DNA of 64,000 nucleotides from a virus (taxonomy: Duplodnaviria > Caudoviricetes): positions 3,215 to 67,214 of IMG/VR virus record IMGVR_UViG_3300002220_000674; one strand, written 5' to 3'. Below the pieces are notes generated by a model, which ran no database searches, was not told where the DNA came from, and saw only the letters and a list, made by a program, of their open reading frames with translations. A program made the translations under genes and the position numbers. Positions 59,007-64,000 of the stretch are shown one piece after another; the stretch's first letter is position 1; every line of letters begins with the position of its first letter.

Positions 59007-59906
59007 ATGAAAACATTTGATTGGGAATCTTTTTTAGATGATCATGGAATCGATTACATAACATCTGGACATGAACATTGCACATCTTCATTTAAATACC
59101 AAACACATTGCCCCATATCTGGAGTTGAAAATTATCATCTTGGATTAAACCCAACAGGTAATGCATGTTTCAAATGTGGCAGATCTCATTCTCTGTATGA
59201 ACTTTTAGAAGCATGGTTGCATCGTACAGACCATGATCTCAAAAAACTAATGGGTAAGTATGGATCTGGAAAAATCTCTGCTCCTGTGAAGTCTGGTAAA
59301 GCCCTGCATGGTAATAATGAGTTGATGCGTGTACCTGTTTTGGAGTTAACCAAACAACATCAGAAATATTTATCACGAAGAGGATTTAATACTGAACAAT
59401 TAAAAATCCAATACAAAATACAATCCATCATGCCCATTGGTAAATTTGGTGGAAGAATATATATACCTGTTTATCAAAACAGAAAGGAGGTTTGTTTTAC
59501 AACACGATCCACACAGATAAAGGGACATGCAAAATATACACATTGCTATGATGACAAAAGTATTGTGCCAATCAAAGACTGTTTGTATGGTTTGGATGAT
59601 TGTAAAAATGATCATGTTGTTTTGGTTGAAGGAGTTACAGATGTATGGAACATTGGGACTGATACAGTATGCATGTTTGGAAAAACTTTATCTGACATAC
59701 AAAAGAGGTTGTTGGTTAAAAGATTTAAAACCATTTTCGTTTTGCTTGATCCTGATGCATTCAAACAATCCAAACAGATTAAAACAAAACTTTCACCGTA
59801 CAGAAAAACTATATGTTTAGCATTAAAGGATAAAGATCCAGGGGAACTGACTAAACAGGAAGTTTATGAACTATTAAATACAATTAATCAATTGAAAGGA
59901 AAATAA
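59007..59906 (+). CDS. DNA primase (zinc-binding domain + TOPRIM)
   Basis: HCP..H..CFKCG; VLVEGVTDV; LLDPDA. Confidence 0.85.
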   Translation: MKTFDWESFLDDHGIDYITSGHEHCTSSFKYQTHCPISGVENYHLGLNPTGNACFKCGRSHSLYELLEAWLHRTDHDLKKLMGKYGSGKISAPVKSGKALHGNNELMRVPVLELTKQHQKYLSRRGFNTEQLKIQYKIQSIMPIGKFGGRIYIPVYQNRKEVCFTTRSTQIKGHAKYTHCYDDKSIVPIKDCLYGLDDCKNDHVVLVEGVTDVWNIGTDTVCMFGKTLSDIQKRLLVKRFKTIFVLLDPDAFKQSKQIKTKLSPYRKTICLALKDKDPGELTKQEVYELLNTINQLKGK

Positions 59907-59908
59907 TT

Positions 59909-60724
59909 ATGAGAACACAACCAGTGATTTCTATGGAAGCTTTAAAACATTATACACCAGCAGCATTTGGAACTCCATCTGAAAACGTATCAAACAGATA
60001 TGCATATGTACCCACACATGAAGTATTGACCATGCTCCATGATGAAGGATTTGTCATCACCAAAGCAGTTCAGACAGGATATCGCAATAACAAATCGGAT
60101 TTTGGAAAGCATATGATCCGGTTACGCCATCGAAACTTTGAAAATCCACAAGAACTTGGTATTGGTGGACTAATACCGGAAATCGTAATGATCAATTCCC
60201 ATGATGCAAAATCTTCATTTAAAATTATGGCAGGATTATTCAGATTAGTATGCTTAAATGGAATGATTGTACCCCAGGGACCAAACCAAAAGAATGTAAT
60301 CAGACATTTCGGTAATGCTGAACAGGTAGTTAATGCTGTTTTTGATGTGGTTAAAACAGTTCCATTGGTAATGAACAATGCCAAAGAGATGTCCACTATT
60401 AATCTTACTGAAGTTGAGAAAGATGTATTTGCCAATGCTGCAAGTGAATTACGTTGGCCTACTGGAGAAATAGATGCACCTAAACGTGTTAATCCACAGT
60501 ATCTGCTTACTCCCAAACGACATGATGATAATAAAAATGATCTTTGGACAACCTTTTCTGTAGTGCAGGAAAACATGCTCAAAGGTGGTACTCCTGCATA
60601 TAATCGTGGAAGAATGAGAAGATCTAAACCAATCAAAGCAATCAATGAAGATGTCAGATTGAACAAAGCTTTATGGATGTTAGCAGACCAAATGAAACAG
60701 ATCAAATTGGAGGAAGCAGCATGA
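59909..60724 (+). CDS. DUF932/DUF945-family protein
   Basis: S.RYAYVPT; H.IRLR; NSHDAKSSF..AGLFRLVCLNGM; R.DD..DLW. Confidence 0.85.
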   Translation: MRTQPVISMEALKHYTPAAFGTPSENVSNRYAYVPTHEVLTMLHDEGFVITKAVQTGYRNNKSDFGKHMIRLRHRNFENPQELGIGGLIPEIVMINSHDAKSSFKIMAGLFRLVCLNGMIVPQGPNQKNVIRHFGNAEQVVNAVFDVVKTVPLVMNNAKEMSTINLTEVEKDVFANAASELRWPTGEIDAPKRVNPQYLLTPKRHDDNKNDLWTTFSVVQENMLKGGTPAYNRGRMRRSKPIKAINEDVRLNKALWMLADQMKQIKLEEAA

Positions 60725-60909
60725 GCACTGAAGCTTTAATCGATACAATCAAACTTTTGGATAAACATGATAAAGATTTCAAACAAATTTGTGAAATAAT
60801 ATTAGATGCAAGTTTGTTATGGAATAGTAAAGATGAAAAGAAAAATCCGGGTTTACAAATTTTAAGAACATTAGCAGGGAAGTATTTAAATGACCCTGAT
60901 TATTTTTAA
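60721..60909 (+). CDS. hypothetical protein
   Basis: ATGA-coupled start behind GGAGG. Confidence 0.6.
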   Translation: MSTEALIDTIKLLDKHDKDFKQICEIILDASLLWNSKDEKKNPGLQILRTLAGKYLNDPDYF

Positions 60910-60921
60910 GGAGAAAAATAT

Positions 60922-61227
60922 ATGAGTTTTATATCCTATTATGATTTTGACAGACTCTTACTTAAAATTTTGGAAAATACCAAAGCAAGTGAAATGATCA
61001 ATGTTCCCGGTTTTTATGAATTAGCATCTGAAGAGTTTAATAACGAAGTCATTAGAATGTATGAAGAAGAACAAAATGAAATTTGGTTTATAAATTCTTA
61101 TTTCTGTGAAGGTTGTAATGAATTATGGGAAGATTGTTGGGATAGTACATCTGATGATGAGTGTCCAAAATGTGGACAACCTATAAGCCCATACAAATCA
61201 AAGGAAATACAATATAATGACAAATGA
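60922..61227 (+). CDS. acidic protein with C-terminal zinc ribbon
   Basis: AAGGAG RBS; CEGC..CPKC. Confidence 0.65.
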   Translation: MSFISYYDFDRLLLKILENTKASEMINVPGFYELASEEFNNEVIRMYEEEQNEIWFINSYFCEGCNELWEDCWDSTSDDECPKCGQPISPYKSKEIQYNDK

Positions 61228-61477
61228 TCATATACTTAAAGTATTATTTGTGGGAGGGCCGTTGAATGGATTGGTTAAAACCATGACCAATCCATCACAT
61301 GTTTTAATTGCCAATAATGGAAAACAAAAAGCAAGATACAGATTGATGCAAGGGGAAAAGAAAAATGTATGGTTTTATGTTCATAATTCTTTGAGTCATG
61401 AATCTGCATACTATGAAATACAACGTGATTTAAATTTGAGAAAGAAAACAAAACAATTAATAGAAGAATTGGATTGA
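61217..61477 (+). CDS. hypothetical protein (FVGGPLNG motif)
   Basis: AAGGA RBS. Confidence 0.6.
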   Translation: MTNDHILKVLFVGGPLNGLVKTMTNPSHVLIANNGKQKARYRLMQGEKKNVWFYVHNSLSHESAYYEIQRDLNLRKKTKQLIEELD

Positions 61478-61526
61478 CATATAGTAGACATCTATTTATA
61501 TTATGACAATATTTAGATGTCTACTA
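61474..61526 (+). promoter_or_regulatory. sigma70 promoter with a 13-bp perfect inverted-repeat operator
   Basis: TTGACA (61474), 17 nt, TATATT (61497); TAGTAGACATCTA at 61482-61494 and TAGATGTCTACTA at 61514-61526. Confidence 0.8.
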
Positions 61527-61544
61527 ACAACCAAAGGAGATAAC

Positions 61545-61745
61545 ATGACACACAGAATGACTGTAAGATTATCAGATAAACAGAAACTTTCATTGGATGT
61601 ATTGGCACAGGGAATGGAGCAGAACTTAAATGAAATTATCAGGAGGGCAATTGACGATTACATTATGACCATGACCAGCAACGAGCATCTACTGGACAAG
61701 CTTATGAACATGGAGAAAAAGAAAAAGAAATCATTAAGAATTTAG
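61545..61745 (+). CDS. ribbon-helix-helix (CopG/Arc-like) regulator
   Basis: RMTVRLSDKQ..L..LA..NLNEIIRRAIDDY; ATG 61545 behind AAAGGAG. Confidence 0.85.
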   Translation: MTHRMTVRLSDKQKLSLDVLAQGMEQNLNEIIRRAIDDYIMTMTSNEHLLDKLMNMEKKKKKSLRI

Positions 61746-62354
61746 TGACAATTAAATTACCAAAAACAGACAAACATTCACTGTCAAATCGACACAAAAT
61801 CAATGCCAAATCAGGGGTGTTTTTGGGGGGTGCTAATCAGCAAATTTCTTCAATGATTTCAGGAAGTTCCAACGTGAGGGGTGCAGTATTAATGAGGAGA
61901 CACTAGCCAGACCGTGTCCAAGTTTCCAAGTCTTGATTCTTGATTATGAATGAACGAAGTGAATTCATAATTTAGAATTACAGACAAGGATTAATGATTC
62001 GGTTGAGAAATGAGAATGGAATGGAATTGTACAAATATATAGAAATTATGGAATATGTAGGATTCTAGAAAAATAATATATTTAGTGACAACTATGAAAT
62101 TTATGGAATAGTAGGGATAAAATGTATATGTATTACTGATTAGTAATAGTAAGTAAAGTAATAGTTATTGTAAAATTAGGGTTGTATTCTGAAAATATTA
62201 TGATATGGTTTTTGTAGAAAGTGAAAACCCCAAAGGTAATGGGCCTTCAGGGTTTTCGAAATCGGTACGGGTTGCGGACCCTTTAACACTCTGTAAAATA
62301 TTCCAAGAATAGGAACACTTACATGGAAAATATCCAGATAAAAGGATCACGTAC

Positions 62355-63707
62355 ATGAAAAATATACTCCATGATGGAATAAATGTCAAACAAAATATTG
62401 TTAATACAATCCCTGATGATGCTTATCTATTTGATCCCAATCGTAAAGTTTCTTTTTTAAACACCACTCCTGAATTTAATCACTTATTTGAAAATTTATT
62501 TATTCCCAAAGGCACAAGAGAGGTACAAGAAAAGTATCAAACCTTTTGTGGGTTTCTTTATTCACTTGCTGATGCTTTTTTAGAAAACAGATCAATCAGT
62601 CTTTGTTCTAGAGAACATGATAAGTATTGGTATGTTCGTAAAATGATACCAATTCTTGAAAAAGAAAATTACATACAAATAAGAAAAGGATTTTTCAAAT
62701 GCATGTATCATCCTTCTAACCGTTTAACGAGGGTTTATCCAACTATGAAAACATTAGAAAAGTTATTCCCAATGGGGCATAGTTTCACAATACTACCGGA
62801 ACCATATCCTTTTATTTTCAAGGATGCAGTTATAAAAATAAAAAAGAATAACAGGAAAAAAAGAACCTGGAAAATTAACATACAAAAATCAAAAAGATAT
62901 CCTGTTTACATACAACGATCATATAAACTTTTATATCAACTCAGTGAATTCAATGCAGGGCAGTTATATTTTGGTCCTGATGTACTTCCGGCAGTTCTTT
63001 ACCGGGTGTTTAATGGTAACTGGAAAAGCAATGGAAGAATCTATGTGTTCAATGATAAAGTTTTCACACCATTTCGGTTATTGAAACCAGTTGAAAAAGC
63101 ATATGAACAGTCTACAGATATTGAACCAGTACAGCAAAACTATCAATCATTTTCAAAAAAAGATCGTAAACATATCCTGATTGGTGGAGAAGAGGGAGTG
63201 GAGATTGATTTTGTAGGTATGCATCCAAGAATGTTGTATGCTCTTAAAGCAAACATACAATATGATAAAGATCCATACTTGGAAATTGTTCAAGACCCTG
63301 AACTAAGAAACTTTGCAAAGAAAATATTGTATTGTGCTTTTTATTCCACTGATAAAACAATTCTCAAACAGGCTATTCAAAATCAAATCTACAAAGCTTC
63401 ATATTCAATTAAAGAAAAACTGAAACAGAAACAATTAGATACCCATCAAAAACTTCTTATCAAAATGGAAGAAGTTCATAAACCCATTGCTAAATATTTT
63501 GGCAGTGATATTTCATTAAGTCTTTGTTTTACAGAATCAGAAATCATGCTGGATGTCACAAGACAGTTATACAAAAATGATATTCATTTCATGTTGATTC
63601 ATGATTCAATCAGAGTTCCTGAAGATACTGCTGATTTTGTCACAGATCTTATGCATGAAATGTATACCAAACACACTAAATTTAAAGGACAGATTACTGT
63701 GGATTGA
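62355..63707 (+). CDS. minimal family-A / T7-RNAP-like polymerase (TV-Pol-like), no exonuclease domain
   Basis: GRIY; QSFSKKDR; motif A EIDFVGMHPRML; motif B RxxxKxxxxxxxY (RNFAKKILYCAFY); motif C FMLIHDS. Confidence 0.7.
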   Translation: MKNILHDGINVKQNIVNTIPDDAYLFDPNRKVSFLNTTPEFNHLFENLFIPKGTREVQEKYQTFCGFLYSLADAFLENRSISLCSREHDKYWYVRKMIPILEKENYIQIRKGFFKCMYHPSNRLTRVYPTMKTLEKLFPMGHSFTILPEPYPFIFKDAVIKIKKNNRKKRTWKINIQKSKRYPVYIQRSYKLLYQLSEFNAGQLYFGPDVLPAVLYRVFNGNWKSNGRIYVFNDKVFTPFRLLKPVEKAYEQSTDIEPVQQNYQSFSKKDRKHILIGGEEGVEIDFVGMHPRMLYALKANIQYDKDPYLEIVQDPELRNFAKKILYCAFYSTDKTILKQAIQNQIYKASYSIKEKLKQKQLDTHQKLLIKMEEVHKPIAKYFGSDISLSLCFTESEIMLDVTRQLYKNDIHFMLIHDSIRVPEDTADFVTDLMHEMYTKHTKFKGQITVD

Positions 63708-63718
63708 AAGGAATTATT

Positions 63719-64000
63719 ATGGCACGAGAAAACCATAAAGAAAAAGTATTGTATCCTTACAAATCATGGGCAGATATAGCAAGAGCAAGGCGTAAAAATA
63801 CCATACCAAATTATAAAGAAAAATTTAATGCCTATATGTATTCTTTTAAATTCTTCTTGAAACAAGAAGAGAAAGTACAATCAGTTAATTATTGTTGTGA
63901 ATGGTGTAAAAAACCAAATAAACCAATATATGTTCGACATCTGAATTTTAAAAATGTTTTTGAAGAGAATATGGAAGATTTAATTGTTCTTTATAATTTG
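63719..64000 (+). CDS. HNH-like protein truncated by the window edge, apparently degenerate
   Basis: Open to the window end: ..CCEWCKKPNKPIYVRHLNFKNVFEENMEDLIVLY..; AAAGGA RBS. Confidence 0.5.
   Translation, partial: MARENHKEKVLYPYKSWADIARARRKNTIPNYKEKFNAYMYSFKFFLKQEEKVQSVNYCCEWCKKPNKPIYVRHLNFKNVFEENMEDLIVLYNL

Noticed and set aside
60070-60705. Long antisense ORFs (also 30522..31034, 55343..55741, 28968..29378 and many shorter ones)
   Set aside because: They lie opposite well-supported genes and have no RBS or recognisable motifs.
1-64000. Alternative genetic code, self-splicing introns, tRNA/rRNA genes, integrase or att site
   Set aside because: Core genes are intact under the standard code, no split gene needs an intron, and no cloverleaf, rRNA or recombinase motif was seen. 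Lifestyle cannot be called from this window.

Overview
All 64 kb reads as one AT-rich tailed-phage genome segment, probably a siphovirus (no sheath gene, 3159-aa tape measure). No host genes, integrase, tRNA, rRNA or CRISPR array were seen, so lifestyle and host are undetermined. Layout: (i) 1-5.9 kb, + strand recombination genes (split Rad50/SbcC, Mre11/SbcD, intein-containing Holliday junction resolvase); (ii) 5.9-45.6 kb, - strand late operon (small terminase, intein-containing TerL, M15 endolysin, portal, glycosyltransferase/methyltransferase/acetylation cassette, protease-scaffold, decoration protein, major capsid, HNH-AP2 endonuclease, neck/tail genes, frameshifted tail chaperone, tape measure, tail tip/fibre, two secreted FN3 proteins, holin-like genes); (iii) 46-50 kb, repeat-rich non-coding DNA and a very low-GC early cassette; (iv) 50-64 kb, + strand early/replication genes (many acidic hypotheticals, SNF2/HARP helicase, primase, DUF932, ribbon-helix-helix regulator, minimal PolA/T7-RNAP-like polymerase). 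Strongest leads: the glycan-building cassette inside the head module (candidate virion glycosylation); the RHH + non-coding + minimal polymerase module; the intein in the resolvase active site; a promoter-inside-hairpin switch on the HNH ribosome-binding site; and two recurrent DNA motifs (paired TTCRWCGAA at fixed 19-bp spacing; AGTTGTCACT found 12 times). All family calls come from motif recognition by eye; no database search was run.
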